DNA from: Candidatus Bathyarchaeia archaeon
GTDB lineage: Archaea > Thermoproteota > Bathyarchaeia > Bathyarchaeales > Bathycorpusculaceae
DNA length: 64,000 nt
NCBI GenBank assembly: GCA_049515895.1
Contig: JBEKTQ010000003.1
Coordinates: forward strand, 98,594 to 162,593
Direction: 5' to 3'
Both the position numbers and the translations under genes were made by a program. The first letter of the stretch is position 1. Each line of letters opens with the position of its first letter. This document shows, in pieces, positions 10,646-21,161 of this stretch. Below the pieces are notes generated by a model that did not search any database, was not told the origin of the DNA, and saw nothing but the letters and a program-made list of their open reading frames with translations.

Positions 10646-10884
10646 AGCGCGAACGGTAACCTTTTTTATCCTTCTAAAATTTTTAGAGAAGACAAAATTA
10701 GTAGCCAGTTCCTAAAAAAAATAACCCTAAGAAAACAACCATCAGAAAGAAGAAAAACTGTTTTCAAGATATTTCTTAATTGATAACTTCTCCATCAAAA
10801 ACTCTAAAAATTAATAAAAGAATTGACGGGACTAAGCATTAGATTAGTTGGATTTTTTCAAAAAAATTGAGCGAGAAAGATAGC

Positions 10885-11181
10885 CTATGCTTTTTGCTGT
10901 TTGGCCCATTCTTCCTTGACGAGTTTGGTTATGTTGTCCAAGTTCGGCTGTGCAGTAAGGTCAGCGATGACGTTGTTTAGTTCGTTCCTGATTAGTAAGG
11001 CGAGTTCGCCGGGTCTGAGAGGTTCTGGACGCGTCGATTGATAAACCCGTAAGGCACGCATGCAAAACTTCACCATAACGCATTGCAGTTCATTCTGCAA
11101 ATCCGAGAGTTCGTGTTTGCTGTTTTTCATTAGTTTGTCGAAACCTTTTGAATCCCATTTTCCTTCTTCTGCCATTTTCAA
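10885..11181 (-). CDS. Hypothetical helical protein
   Basis: 98-aa ORF downstream of pyrG on the same strand. Confidence 0.6.
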   Translation of the reverse strand: MKMAEEGKWDSKGFDKLMKNSKHELSDLQNELQCVMVKFCMRALRVYQSTRPEPLRPGELALLIRNELNNVIADLTAQPNLDNITKLVKEEWAKQQKA

Positions 11182-11244
11182 TCAAATCCTAACGTTTCAT
11201 GTAAATTGGGCATTATAGCCTTTTCTAATAAACGCGCTAGGGCC

Positions 11245-12873
11245 CTAAGAAATAGGGGTTTTTGGTTTCCCAAGCTTCTTGTTAAGGCATGCTTGGATGA
11301 ATCCTGCGTATTCAGGTTCGGGTCTTCCAGGTCGGCTTTTGAATTCTCCATGGAATTGGGAGGCGAAAAAGAAGAATTTGTTGGGCAATTCTAGGGTTTC
11401 CATTCTTCTTCCGTCGCTGCTTTTGCCGGTGAAACATAACCCATTGTTTCTGAGGTTTTCTTGGAATTCAAGGTTGACTTCGAAGCGGTGTCTGTGGCGC
11501 TCATAAATTTCTTCCTGCCCGTACATGCTGTAGGCTAGGGTGCCTTTTTGAAGAACACATTTGTGGGCGCCTAAACGCATGGTTGCACCCTTAACTTCTA
11601 TTCCTCGTTGCTCAGGCATCAAATCGATAACGGGAAAGGGAGTTTCAGGATTGATCTCTGTGCTGTTCGCATCTTTTAAGCCGCAAACGTTTCGTGAATA
11701 CTCGATAACAGCTAGCTGGAAACCATAGCAAATCCCTAAGAATGGTATGTCGTTTTCTCGGGCGAACTGGACAGCTAAAATTTTGCCCTCAGTGCCCCGC
11801 GGTCCAAAGCCATATGGAACAAAGATTCCGTTAAAGTTGGCGAGGTCCTTCACGCATTGAGGATCACGCTCAAGTTTTTCAGCTTCAAGATAAGAGATGC
11901 AGACTTTGGTTTTGCAGGAACCGCCGCCGTGTCTAAGAGCCTCAGTCATGCTTACGTAACTGTCCGTTAACCCAGCGTATTTGCCGACTAACGCTATTTT
12001 CACTTCATGCTCGGGATTGATCAACCCTTCAACGTATTGCTGCCAAGCGCTGAAGTCTTTGCCTTCGCATTTGATAGCTAATCGTTGACAGATAAAGTCG
12101 CCCATTCCTTGCCCATCAAGAATAAGCGGCACTTGGTAGACAGATTCCGCGTTATAGGAGCAGAAAACGGCGCTTTCAGGAATTGTCCCAAACAGAGCTA
12201 TTTTCCTCATTATTTCATCGTCAATCATTTTGGGGCTTCTGGCAACTATGGTGTCGGGTTGAATTCCAATGCGACGCAGTTCGTTGACGCTGTGCTGAAG
12301 AGGTTTTGTCTTCATTTCACCCGTGACATCAAGAATCGGCACCAGAGCTACATGCACGTAGAACGTGTTTTCGAAACCTTCTTCAAGCCGCATCTGGCGA
12401 ATAGCTTCAAGAAACGGCAACCCTTCAATGTCGCCGACTGTGCCGCCTACTTCAGTGAGAACAATATCGGCGCATGCTGCTTTGCCAACGTTTCTGATGC
12501 GGCTTTTAATTTCGTTAGTTACATGCGGCACAATTTGGACACAGCGTCCTAAAAAGTCGCCTCGCCTCTCCTTCTCAATAACAGCCTTGTAAACCATACC
12601 GGTGGTTAAGTTGTTTTCTTGCTTGAGGCTTAAATCTAAGAAACGCTCGTACCAGCCGAGGTCGAGGTCGGTTTCGCCGCCGTCGTCGGTGACGTAGACT
12701 TCGCCGTGCATGTAAGGGTTCATTGTTCCCGCATCAACGTTAACGTAAGGGTCAATTTTCACAACTGTGCACTTTAGTCCCCTTGCCTGAAGCATTTTCC
12801 CAATGGAAGAAGTCAGTATGCCTTTGCCGACGGAACTTAACACGCCTCCCGTGACGAAAATGTACTTAACCAT
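11245..12873 (-). CDS. pyrG: CTP synthase
   Basis: KYIFVTGGVLSSVGKG, KTKPLQHSV, GICYGFQ, ERHRHRFE. Confidence 0.98.
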   Translation of the reverse strand: MVKYIFVTGGVLSSVGKGILTSSIGKMLQARGLKCTVVKIDPYVNVDAGTMNPYMHGEVYVTDDGGETDLDLGWYERFLDLSLKQENNLTTGMVYKAVIEKERRGDFLGRCVQIVPHVTNEIKSRIRNVGKAACADIVLTEVGGTVGDIEGLPFLEAIRQMRLEEGFENTFYVHVALVPILDVTGEMKTKPLQHSVNELRRIGIQPDTIVARSPKMIDDEIMRKIALFGTIPESAVFCSYNAESVYQVPLILDGQGMGDFICQRLAIKCEGKDFSAWQQYVEGLINPEHEVKIALVGKYAGLTDSYVSMTEALRHGGGSCKTKVCISYLEAEKLERDPQCVKDLANFNGIFVPYGFGPRGTEGKILAVQFARENDIPFLGICYGFQLAVIEYSRNVCGLKDANSTEINPETPFPVIDLMPEQRGIEVKGATMRLGAHKCVLQKGTLAYSMYGQEEIYERHRHRFEVNLEFQENLRNNGLCFTGKSSDGRRMETLELPNKFFFFASQFHGEFKSRPGRPEPEYAGFIQACLNKKLGKPKTPIS

Positions 12874-13157
12874 GATTTTCCCCGCAATAACCACACCTTT
12901 CATGCTGTCTTAATATAACTCTTTTGTGTGTGGAACTGGAAAAATGTGCAACCAAGCATGGCTTACTCTCAAAATGTTAGCAAGCAAATGGCGAGAAAGA
13001 TTACTGTTTTTTGGATTGAGCATTGCCGCTTGCGCAACATGAAAATTGCAGGTTAAAACTGATAAGAATTCTGCGCGTTTGCAAATTAAGCAAAAAGTTT
13101 GCCTGCACTTTAGAAAAATTTTAATTCAGACCACGCGCAATATGAGTGGAGACTGAA

Positions 13158-13391
13158 ATGCCTAAAGCCTTTGTGTTGATAAATGTTGAATCGGGCTCAG
13201 AAGAAGAAGTTCTTGAGCAAATAAGGAAAAGCGAAGGGGTAGAAGAAGCGTATTACTCGTACGGCGTCTACGACATCGTTGCCAAGATAAAAGCTGACAC
13301 CATGGAGAAACTTAGAGAAGCAGTATCGCAGAAAATGAGAACCATTAGCAAAGTCAGATCCACATTAACCCTTATAATGATGGAAGAATAA
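13158..13391 (+). CDS. Stand-alone Lrp/AsnC ligand-binding (RAM) domain protein
   Basis: AFVLINVE.G.E..V...GVYDIVAK...IRTISKVRSTLTL; no HTH. Confidence 0.85.
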   Translation: MPKAFVLINVESGSEEEVLEQIRKSEGVEEAYYSYGVYDIVAKIKADTMEKLREAVSQKMRTISKVRSTLTLIMMEE

Positions 13392-13586
13392 GAAACATTT
13401 TGGCTCCAAGTTTTTTTCCTTAGATTAATGAACAATTTGTTACGTCCTGCACAATTATAATCACTAAAGCCCGTAAAGATCGACTCAAAAGTTTTCCTTC
13501 TCCTAATAAAGTTCACGCTGAATTTTTTTTGCATATTGCTTAAAAGTTTAACTAGTGAGAATAGAAGGAAGGCTTGAAAATTCAAC

Positions 13587-14615
13587 ATGGAAAACGCTGG
13601 AAGACCGCTGGGACAAAAGGTGATTCTTGTAGTTCTGATTTTGGGTCTCTTGGCGTTTGTTCTTTACTTCGTTTTATACATCAATCCGGCACAGGTCGCC
13701 GAGATTCTTTCAAAGACGAACTTATTTTACTACGCAGGCGCATTCGTAGCCTACTCAGTCTACACGATCTTTTCTTCGCTCGTATGGCGCAGCCTGCTAA
13801 GGAGCCTGTCCATGGAAATTAGCACTCGCAAAGCACTGCTCTTCACTTGGGTCGGCTTGTTTTTTGACGCAACGGTTCCGCAGCTCGGATGGTCTGGTGA
13901 AATTTCGAAAACTTACCTGCTAACCAAAGACTCAAGCCTTAGCGCCGGAAAAATTGGAGCTTCGGTTGTTATCCAGAAAATCTTTAACATGACAATAACC
14001 GTGGTAGCCATGTCGATTGGTTTAGGACTCATGCTTGTCGGCTATCCTTTGCCTTTTATCGTTGCTTTTCTGATTTCACTTGTTTTAGGGCTGTTAATCT
14101 TGACCCTAAGCATGGTTTACTACATAAGTATCAAGCCGTCAGCAACCAAAACCTTGCTAAACTGGGCAGTAAGCATGATTTTGTTCTTCAGAAAAACTTG
14201 GAATCCCGAAAGTTTCACGTCCAAGGCAGAGAGACTTTTAACCACTTTCCATGATGGCATGCAATATTTGAGGGGAAACTCAAAAGCGTTAGTTAAACCC
14301 ATCATTTATTCAGTCACAAGTTTCATTTTTGAAATCTCAGTTACGTTCATAACTTTTGCAGCTTTAGGCTACCCCATACCCGTCGACAAGGTCCTTATAG
14401 TGTTCACTTTGACAGGCACTCTCCAGACGGTCGGCGTCACTTTCTTCGGTTTTCCTGAATTAATCATGAGCATCTCGTTTACTGCCCTCGGAATCCCGGC
14501 AGCGCTTAGCGTTTCAGTTACAATTCTGACAAGAGTTGTAAGTCTGTGGTTCCGCCTTATCGTGTCTTACGCTGCATTGCAGTGGGCAGGAATTAAAATT
14601 ATCCTTAACAAGTGA
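13587..14615 (+). CDS. UPF0104 / lysylphosphatidylglycerol-synthase TM (flippase-like) membrane protein
   Basis: Polytopic; F...TVP.LGWSGE...YLL and RVVSLW motifs. Confidence 0.75.
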   Translation: MENAGRPLGQKVILVVLILGLLAFVLYFVLYINPAQVAEILSKTNLFYYAGAFVAYSVYTIFSSLVWRSLLRSLSMEISTRKALLFTWVGLFFDATVPQLGWSGEISKTYLLTKDSSLSAGKIGASVVIQKIFNMTITVVAMSIGLGLMLVGYPLPFIVAFLISLVLGLLILTLSMVYYISIKPSATKTLLNWAVSMILFFRKTWNPESFTSKAERLLTTFHDGMQYLRGNSKALVKPIIYSVTSFIFEISVTFITFAALGYPIPVDKVLIVFTLTGTLQTVGVTFFGFPELIMSISFTALGIPAALSVSVTILTRVVSLWFRLIVSYAALQWAGIKIILNK

Positions 14616-14709
14616 ACGGTTGTTTCGCCGCTCAAGTGCCTCCTTAGCTGTTTGCTAGGAAACTTTTTAATGCACCCTAAGATAATCAGTTATTGTAGGA
14701 TAGATTGAT

Positions 14710-14946
14710 ATGCCAACAGCCTTTGTACTGATAAACACTGAAATCGGTTCAGAATCAGACGTTCTAAAAGAGTTAAAGAAAGTCGAAGGTGTAGAGGAAG
14801 CATCGGCCGTCTACGGAGTCTACGACATTGTCGCAAGGGTCAAAGCTGATACTATGGATAGGTTGAAAGAGTTGGTTACGTGGCGCATCCGCCGCTTAGA
14901 CAAAGTACGGTCAACACTGACAATGATTGTCGTGGAAGAGAAATAA
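14710..14946 (+). CDS. Stand-alone Lrp/AsnC RAM-domain protein
   Basis: MPTAFVLINTEIGSE...GVYDIVARV...VRSTLTMI. Confidence 0.88.
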   Translation: MPTAFVLINTEIGSESDVLKELKKVEGVEEASAVYGVYDIVARVKADTMDRLKELVTWRIRRLDKVRSTLTMIVVEEK

Positions 14947-15051
14947 TCATTTTTTAACTCCTTTTCTTTCATCATACAAAAAGCAAATTTTTTTTGTCAC
15001 TTTGAGCATGCACACAAACTTAAAGCTAAAACATAAATTCTTTGATAAGTG

Positions 15052-15156
15052 ATGAAAATGAAACCAAGATTTAAATGCCCTTGGTGCGGAAGCGGTTTCC
15101 GAGATGGAAAAGAGTTAGACACTCACGCAAGAGAACACTATGCAAAGTCAATTTAG
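15052..15156 (+). CDS. 34-aa C2H2 zinc-finger microprotein (absent from the ORF track)
   Basis: MKMKPRFKCPWCGSGFRDGKELDTHAREHYAKSI matches F-x-C-x2-C-x3-F-x5-L-x2-H-x3-H exactly; TTAAA box upstream. Confidence 0.7.
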   Translation: MKMKPRFKCPWCGSGFRDGKELDTHAREHYAKSI

Positions 15157-15478
15157 CTTAATACTTTTGCCGATATACCGCTAACTTGTAACTGTGCCTG
15201 TACAGTCACATAATTTTAAATTTTTTGCAATTGATTTATCCCCTGTGCATCTGGAACCATTGAGTGAGAGAATGAAAATACGAAATATTAATAGCGCACC
15301 AGGGAACAGCCACCACTCGACAGCGAAGACTCTCATTTTTACAGATGCGCCAATTTTTTTGTTGGTTGCATTACAGAGATTTGGATACAAACTGATTTTT
15401 TTTCTCGTTCCCTTTGAACATTGATGAGCACCCAATCTCTGAAACCAACCATTTTAGAATCAAAGGAGTTTAAAAGAA

Positions 15479-15778
15479 ATGCCAACAGCTTACGTACTCT
15501 TGAATACCGAAATTGGGGCTGAAAGCCAAGTTCTGAAAGCCCTGAAGAAAATTGAAGGCGTTAAAGAAGTGCATAACCTTTGGGGAGTGTACGACATGAT
15601 CGCAAACATTAAGGCTGACAGCATGGAGAAACTGCAATACATAATAACTAAACGAATCAGTCAAATTGGGAAAATAAACTCGAAGTTAACTATGGTGATA
15701 ACCGACAAGCCGCAACTGGCGTCAGAAGAACAAGTATTTTTTGAACACAACACAATGGAAAACGCTCTCGTCCACTAA
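15479..15778 (+). CDS. Stand-alone Lrp/AsnC RAM-domain protein
   Basis: MPTAYVLLNTEIGAE...GVYDMIANIKAD. Confidence 0.82.
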   Translation: MPTAYVLLNTEIGAESQVLKALKKIEGVKEVHNLWGVYDMIANIKADSMEKLQYIITKRISQIGKINSKLTMVITDKPQLASEEQVFFEHNTMENALVH

Positions 15779-15860
15779 CGCCTTTCCCAATTTTTTTGGC
15801 TTAACAACCTTTTTTTAACCCTGCAGTTCATTCTCTAATTTAGCTTGGAGAATTGCAGCT

Positions 15861-17204
15861 TTGACTAAGCAACAGGTAATGCACATCGGGTTAGACGACA
15901 CAGACTCTACTAAAGGAGGCTGCACTACCTACCTCGCGGCTTTGCTTGTCGAAAAACTCGCTAACTTCCAAGTTAAATTTATTGACTACCCACTTTTGGT
16001 TAGGCTTAACCCGAACGTGCCGTGGAAAACTAGAGGCAATGGCGCCCTGTGTCTAAGATTCAACCATCCCGCAGTTTGTGAACAAGAAATAAAAGATACT
16101 GCTTTGGCGCTGTGGGAAAAAAACTCTGCTATCAAAGAGAAGGGCACTGATCCCGGTATAGTGTTTTTTGACGAGCAAGAAATCCCTCTGGAACTTACAT
16201 CCTTTTCGAAAAGGGCTGAAACGAGCATTGTTACCCTCAAGGAAGCTTTGTCGCTTATCAAAAAGTTTGGTGGGGAAGCATGCGGTTTTAACTCTTGCAG
16301 GGGCATTATCGGCGCCTTGGCAGCAATCGGCGAAGTCCTCAACTGTGACCACACCTATGAACTAATCGCCTACAGAACGCCTCAGAACTGGGGCTCAAAG
16401 CGGCAGATTGATGAGGCGTCAATTTTTGAAATGGACAGGAAACTTGAGCCCTACACTTTTAACAACGTGGACAAAGAGAAACAAAGAGTCATCATAACCC
16501 CGCGAGGCCCAGACCCAATCCTCTTCGGTATCAGAGGGGAAACATCACAGGTGGTGAAGAGAGCCTTCGCGATGGTTAAACCGCAGGAACCTGTAGAACG
16601 TTGGGTTATCTTTCGCTCAAACCAAGGGACAGATGCCCACCTGAAACATGTCTCAACGCTAAGCAACATCCGACCGTATAGCTCCGTAATTGCAAAAGGT
16701 GAGGTTTCCCAGAATCCGCGGATTGTTCCCTTGCGCCACGTTATCTTTTCAATTCGAGATGATTCGGCAGAGGTGGATTGCGCTGCTTATGAGCCGACAG
16801 GGGATCTTCGCAAAATCGCAAGAGAACTCATGGTCGGTGATAAGGTTGAGGTGTACGGGGCTGTGCACAAGGCAACGAAGAACAAGCCATTGACGATAAA
16901 CCTTGAGAAGATAAACATTCTCAGGCTTGCATCCAAAACGCGGTCAGAGAATCCCCTTTGCCCAGACTGCGGCAAAAGGTTGAAATCGATGGGAAAAAAC
17001 CAGGGCTTTGGCTGTGAAAAATGCGGCGGAAAATTTAGTGACTTGAGGAAAATGGATTTGGTTGTGCCAAGGACGCTTAAGGTTGGCTTGTACGTGACTT
17101 CGACGAGGTCACAGAGGCATCTTACCAAACCGCTTAGACGCTACGGACAGGAAAAACCCGACTATTCGGCAGAGCGGCTGATTAGTGAGTGGCACTTTCC
17201 GTGA
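15861..17204 (+). CDS. tiaS: tRNA(Ile2) agmatinylcytidine synthetase
   Basis: GLDDTDS..GGCTT, LVRLNPNVPWKTRGN, SNQGTD, YEPTG, CPDC..CEKC zinc ribbon. Confidence 0.96.
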   Translation: MTKQQVMHIGLDDTDSTKGGCTTYLAALLVEKLANFQVKFIDYPLLVRLNPNVPWKTRGNGALCLRFNHPAVCEQEIKDTALALWEKNSAIKEKGTDPGIVFFDEQEIPLELTSFSKRAETSIVTLKEALSLIKKFGGEACGFNSCRGIIGALAAIGEVLNCDHTYELIAYRTPQNWGSKRQIDEASIFEMDRKLEPYTFNNVDKEKQRVIITPRGPDPILFGIRGETSQVVKRAFAMVKPQEPVERWVIFRSNQGTDAHLKHVSTLSNIRPYSSVIAKGEVSQNPRIVPLRHVIFSIRDDSAEVDCAAYEPTGDLRKIARELMVGDKVEVYGAVHKATKNKPLTINLEKINILRLASKTRSENPLCPDCGKRLKSMGKNQGFGCEKCGGKFSDLRKMDLVVPRTLKVGLYVTSTRSQRHLTKPLRRYGQEKPDYSAERLISEWHFP

Positions 17205-17281
17205 AAACTTCTGTTCTAAAGCTTAGCGCTAAATTGCACATCAGCATTGAAACATGCTATAAACAATGAGGGTTAACTTGA

Positions 17282-17781
17282 ATGAATAAAGTATCATACA
17301 TTGTTATTACACTGGGAATTATGCTTGTTTGCTCAGTTGCCATAAACGTGTATTTCTACACGCAAAACCAATCAATCGCGGCGAGCACCGCCCAGGTGGC
17401 GTTCAACAAAGAGTTCGGAACGTCTTAATCGTCAGCCCCAACTACAATTTTTCTCCGCCTATAACGATGTATCAAGCGCTTAAAATTGCCTTGGAAAGCG
17501 ACAGTTGGAACGCTACATCCCTTGAAAACATGACCGTGACAGTTTCACTCGACTACATGGAATTTCTAAACTCTTCAACAGGCAGTTGCAGTGAATTGAT
17601 ACATGAAGTCACCAACCCTGCACCCTATTATTCAGACATGCAAGTAAACAGCACAACGACTTACCGCTACATTTGGAGCGTAGAAGTCAATAGAGCTCAA
17701 GGTTTTACATATCCACCATTTGGATATTATCTGGTTGACGCGCAGACAGGCGAGTTAGTTCCCCATGAACCACTTTACTAG
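17282..17781 (+). pseudogene. Frameshifted membrane-anchored secreted protein (PepSY-like C-terminus)
   Basis: ATG 17282 encodes a signal/TM segment ending at TAA 17426-28. The downstream part (…LIVSPNYNFSPP…YYLVDAQTGE) continues in the -1 frame from GGAACG near 17417-22. Confidence 0.6.
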
Positions 17782-17899
17782 AGAACCAGCATATTCTTTC
17801 GCCAGCAACCTCAAGTTTGATTGAAATCCTTTAAATCGGTGAAACCCATAAAACCTCTCCGACAACAAAGAATCTTACATTAAAGCGAGGCAAGAGTCT

Positions 17900-20707
17900 A
17901 TGGTTGAAAAAACGTTCCCAGCGAAAGCTTATGCACTTCCATTCTTCAAGCAGGAAGGGTTTGTTCGCAAACATTGTCCAAAATGCGGCGAGTGGTACTG
18001 GACCCAAAACCAAACGCAGGAAACCTGCGGGGAATCCACCTCGGATGAATGCGGATTTTACACATTCATCAACAACCCTGCTACTAAGAAAAGCTTCACG
18101 CTGCCCGAGATGAGGGAGGCGTTTCTCAGCTTTTTCGAGAAGAATGGTCACACACGCATTAAGCCTTACCCAGTTGTTGCCCGCTGGCGCAAAGACATTT
18201 ACTTAACTCACGCAAGCATCATTGACTTTCAACCCTACGTAACAGAAGGCATCGCGCCTCCGCCAGCTAACCCCTTGGTTATTTCTCAGCCATCCATCAG
18301 GTTGACGGACATTTCCAATACAGGTCCAACGTTTGGAAGGCACTTAACCATCTTCGAGATGGGTGGAGCTCACGCTTTTAACTACCCAGACAAAGAAGTT
18401 TACTGGAAGGACGAAACCGTGCGGTTTCACCACCGCTTCGCAACCGAGGCACTGGGCATAAAATCCGAAGAAGTCATTTACAAGGAAGGCGTGTGGATCG
18501 GCGGAGGAAACGCTGGCCCAGACGTGGAATGCATCGTCCGCGGCTTGGAGGTAGGCACCTTGGTTTTCATGCAGTACAAAGTTGTTGGCGACGACTTCGT
18601 TGAACTGCCTATCCGAACGGTAGACACGGGGTACGGGATTGATCGTTTCGCATGGATAAGCCAAGGAGTGCCAAGTGCATTCCAAGCGATTTATGGCAAA
18701 ATGCTCGACAAAATTTACAAAATGGCTGGCTTAACTAACGTTGACAACGACTTTTTGTCTCAAGTAGCGAAGTATTCGGGTTTAGTTAGCGTCGACAAAA
18801 CCGCGAACAGGATGGTTACCCGCAGGCGCGTCGCTGAACTCTCAGGCATCGACCTGAAGAAATTGGAGGCGGTGCTCTTGCCCATAGAGAACGTTTGGGC
18901 AATAACCGATCATACTAAAACCCTAAGCTTCATACTAAGTGAGGGCGTTGTTCCATCAAATATACAAGAAGGCTACTTGGCACGGCTCTTGTTCCGCAGA
19001 GTCTACCGCTTACTGCGAACATTAAGCATGGATCCAGCTAAACTATACGAAATCGTCGAGATGCAGGTTGATTACTGGGGAAAAGATTTTCCCCACATAA
19101 AAGAGATGCAAAACGAAATCATCGAGATGCTCAAGGTAGAGGAGGAAAAGTTCAAAGATACCCTTCAACGCGGGGAAGGCATGGTCAAACGCATTGCCAG
19201 CGAGCTCAAAGCAAAAGGCAAAGTCAAAATTCCCGATGACACGCTAACTCAACTTTACGACTCGCATGGGCTTCCGCCTGAAATCGTGAAGCAAGCAGCT
19301 GAAAAAGAAGGAGTGCAGGTTGACGTTCCCGAGAACTTTTACGCCCTAATAGCCGAACGGCACATGGAGGCTTCTAAACCTGCAGAAGAGGAAGAAGCTC
19401 AAGCTGAAAAAACCTTACAAAAAAAGGCTGAACAACTACCAGCGACCGAGCCCCTTTACTACGCGGATACTTACATGCGCAAGTTCAATGCTAAAGTCCT
19501 CAAAATAATCAACGGCGTCCACATTATACTGGACCAAACATGCTTTTATCCAGAGGGCGGAGGCCAACCAGCGGACCACGGATGGATGAATGCAGGCAAC
19601 ACAAAATATGATGTGGTTGATACACGCAAAATCGGCAAAGTCATCGTGCATAAACTCAGTTCAGCCGCAGCATTCAAGGAAGGTAGCGTAGTCCATGGCG
19701 TTCTTGATTGGGAGAGGCGTTATGCATTAATGAAGGCGCACACGGTCACTCACCTCATTAACGGCGCTGCGAGAAGGGTACTCGGCGAACACGTCTGGCA
19801 ATCAGGAACACAAAAAGGCTTGGAAACTTCACGTCTAGATATCACACATTACCGAAGACTAACTGAGGAAGAAATCCATAAAATCGAGCAATTGGCAAAC
19901 CAGGCAATTGCCGCTGACATGAAAGTAACCACAACATGGTATCCACGCAACGAGGCAGAAGCACGGTATGGCTTCAGGCTCTATCAGGGAGGAGCGGTCC
20001 CAGGCAAAGACATCCGCGTAGTCAAAACTGGCAATTGGGATGTAGAAGCTTGCGCTGGAACCCACCTGCGAAGCACTCTGGAAGTTAGCTATGTAAAAAT
20101 CGTATACACTGAACGCGTGCAGGACGGGGTTGAACGTTTAGGCTACGCAGTCGGGTTAGAGGCAGTCAAAGCCGTTCAAAAACAGGAAACCATGCTATGG
20201 AAGATTTCAGACGTGCTAACTGCTCCAGTTGAGAAGCTAGATAAGACGGCGGAAAAACTCATCAAAGAACTAAAGGAAACTAACGTTGAAAAACGTAAGC
20301 TAATCAAGGAACTGGCTGAGAAGGAAAGCACGATTGGGCAGGGACAGGCGGCTGACACAATGGTTGAGACCCACGGGGTTACCATTGTTAAACGTGACTT
20401 CGACGATGTTATCGATGTTAATCGCATGGTGCAAACTGCCACGGAAATGATAAAACGCAACCCAGCAACCGTAACCCTGTTATACGGTTCGGATGGCAAA
20501 AACTGCAGGCTCATGGTTATGGCTGGCGACGAAGCAGTGCAGAAAGGTGTCGATGCAGGCAATATAGTCAAAGGGGCGGCCCCGATTTTCGGCGGCGGAG
20601 GGGGCGGCAGACCGAACTTTGCTCAGGGTGGCGGAACAAAACCCGATAAGCTAGCAGAAGCAGTCAAAACGGCTGAAGAAATTGTCAAAAAACAAATCAG
20701 ACCTTGA
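17900..20707 (+). CDS. alaS: Alanine--tRNA ligase (archaeal type)
   Basis: PYPVVARWR, DFQP, DTGYG, HTxxH editing domain, GGGGGRP DHHA1. Confidence 0.98.
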   Translation: MVEKTFPAKAYALPFFKQEGFVRKHCPKCGEWYWTQNQTQETCGESTSDECGFYTFINNPATKKSFTLPEMREAFLSFFEKNGHTRIKPYPVVARWRKDIYLTHASIIDFQPYVTEGIAPPPANPLVISQPSIRLTDISNTGPTFGRHLTIFEMGGAHAFNYPDKEVYWKDETVRFHHRFATEALGIKSEEVIYKEGVWIGGGNAGPDVECIVRGLEVGTLVFMQYKVVGDDFVELPIRTVDTGYGIDRFAWISQGVPSAFQAIYGKMLDKIYKMAGLTNVDNDFLSQVAKYSGLVSVDKTANRMVTRRRVAELSGIDLKKLEAVLLPIENVWAITDHTKTLSFILSEGVVPSNIQEGYLARLLFRRVYRLLRTLSMDPAKLYEIVEMQVDYWGKDFPHIKEMQNEIIEMLKVEEEKFKDTLQRGEGMVKRIASELKAKGKVKIPDDTLTQLYDSHGLPPEIVKQAAEKEGVQVDVPENFYALIAERHMEASKPAEEEEAQAEKTLQKKAEQLPATEPLYYADTYMRKFNAKVLKIINGVHIILDQTCFYPEGGGQPADHGWMNAGNTKYDVVDTRKIGKVIVHKLSSAAAFKEGSVVHGVLDWERRYALMKAHTVTHLINGAARRVLGEHVWQSGTQKGLETSRLDITHYRRLTEEEIHKIEQLANQAIAADMKVTTTWYPRNEAEARYGFRLYQGGAVPGKDIRVVKTGNWDVEACAGTHLRSTLEVSYVKIVYTERVQDGVERLGYAVGLEAVKAVQKQETMLWKISDVLTAPVEKLDKTAEKLIKELKETNVEKRKLIKELAEKESTIGQGQAADTMVETHGVTIVKRDFDDVIDVNRMVQTATEMIKRNPATVTLLYGSDGKNCRLMVMAGDEAVQKGVDAGNIVKGAAPIFGGGGGGRPNFAQGGGTKPDKLAEAVKTAEEIVKKQIRP

Positions 20708-20786
20708 AACTAGCAGACCTTTTCCATAGTTGTTGTAGTGGAGGTACAATCACATCATTATTTATGATTCAAGGGGTATTAGATAC

Positions 20787-20871
20787 AGAAAGGGATAAAC
20801 TTAAAGGCAGGCGGATTTATTCCCCCTCTCTCTTCCCGAATTTTTGCGCTTGCCTTTGAGTTATCTTTTCT
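20787..20871 (+). ncRNA. Candidate rod-shaped small RNA with a C/U-rich loop
   Basis: ~25-bp imperfect inverted repeat whose mismatches are G-U compatible on the + strand; TATA-like TTTATGA ~26 nt upstream; U-rich end. Confidence 0.45.
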
Positions 20872-21161
20872 TCATTAATCCGCAATAATTTGTAATATTT
20901 TAATTATATAAAAATGTAATGTTACCTTGCCGGTCTGATGCTTTTTTTACTCTTGGTCTGACCTTGAGCAAGGAAAGTCAAACTGATTAAACCTTTTTGG
21001 CAGTTTTTTGGCCCAAGATTACTGCTTCATTGTTGCGGCCAAAAGTGTAAAACTAATTGATGTTTTCGAAGGCAGATTCAGGGTTGTAAAGGTTTTTATT
21101 GATAGAAAAATATTTTTGTTAGTGAGAAGATTGGCTTTGAACATAAGGAACGCGGCGAATC

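Noticed and set aside
15181-15435. Opposing 76- and 84-aa ORFs between the Lrp genes
   Set aside because: No motifs, weak starts and AT-rich intergenic character.
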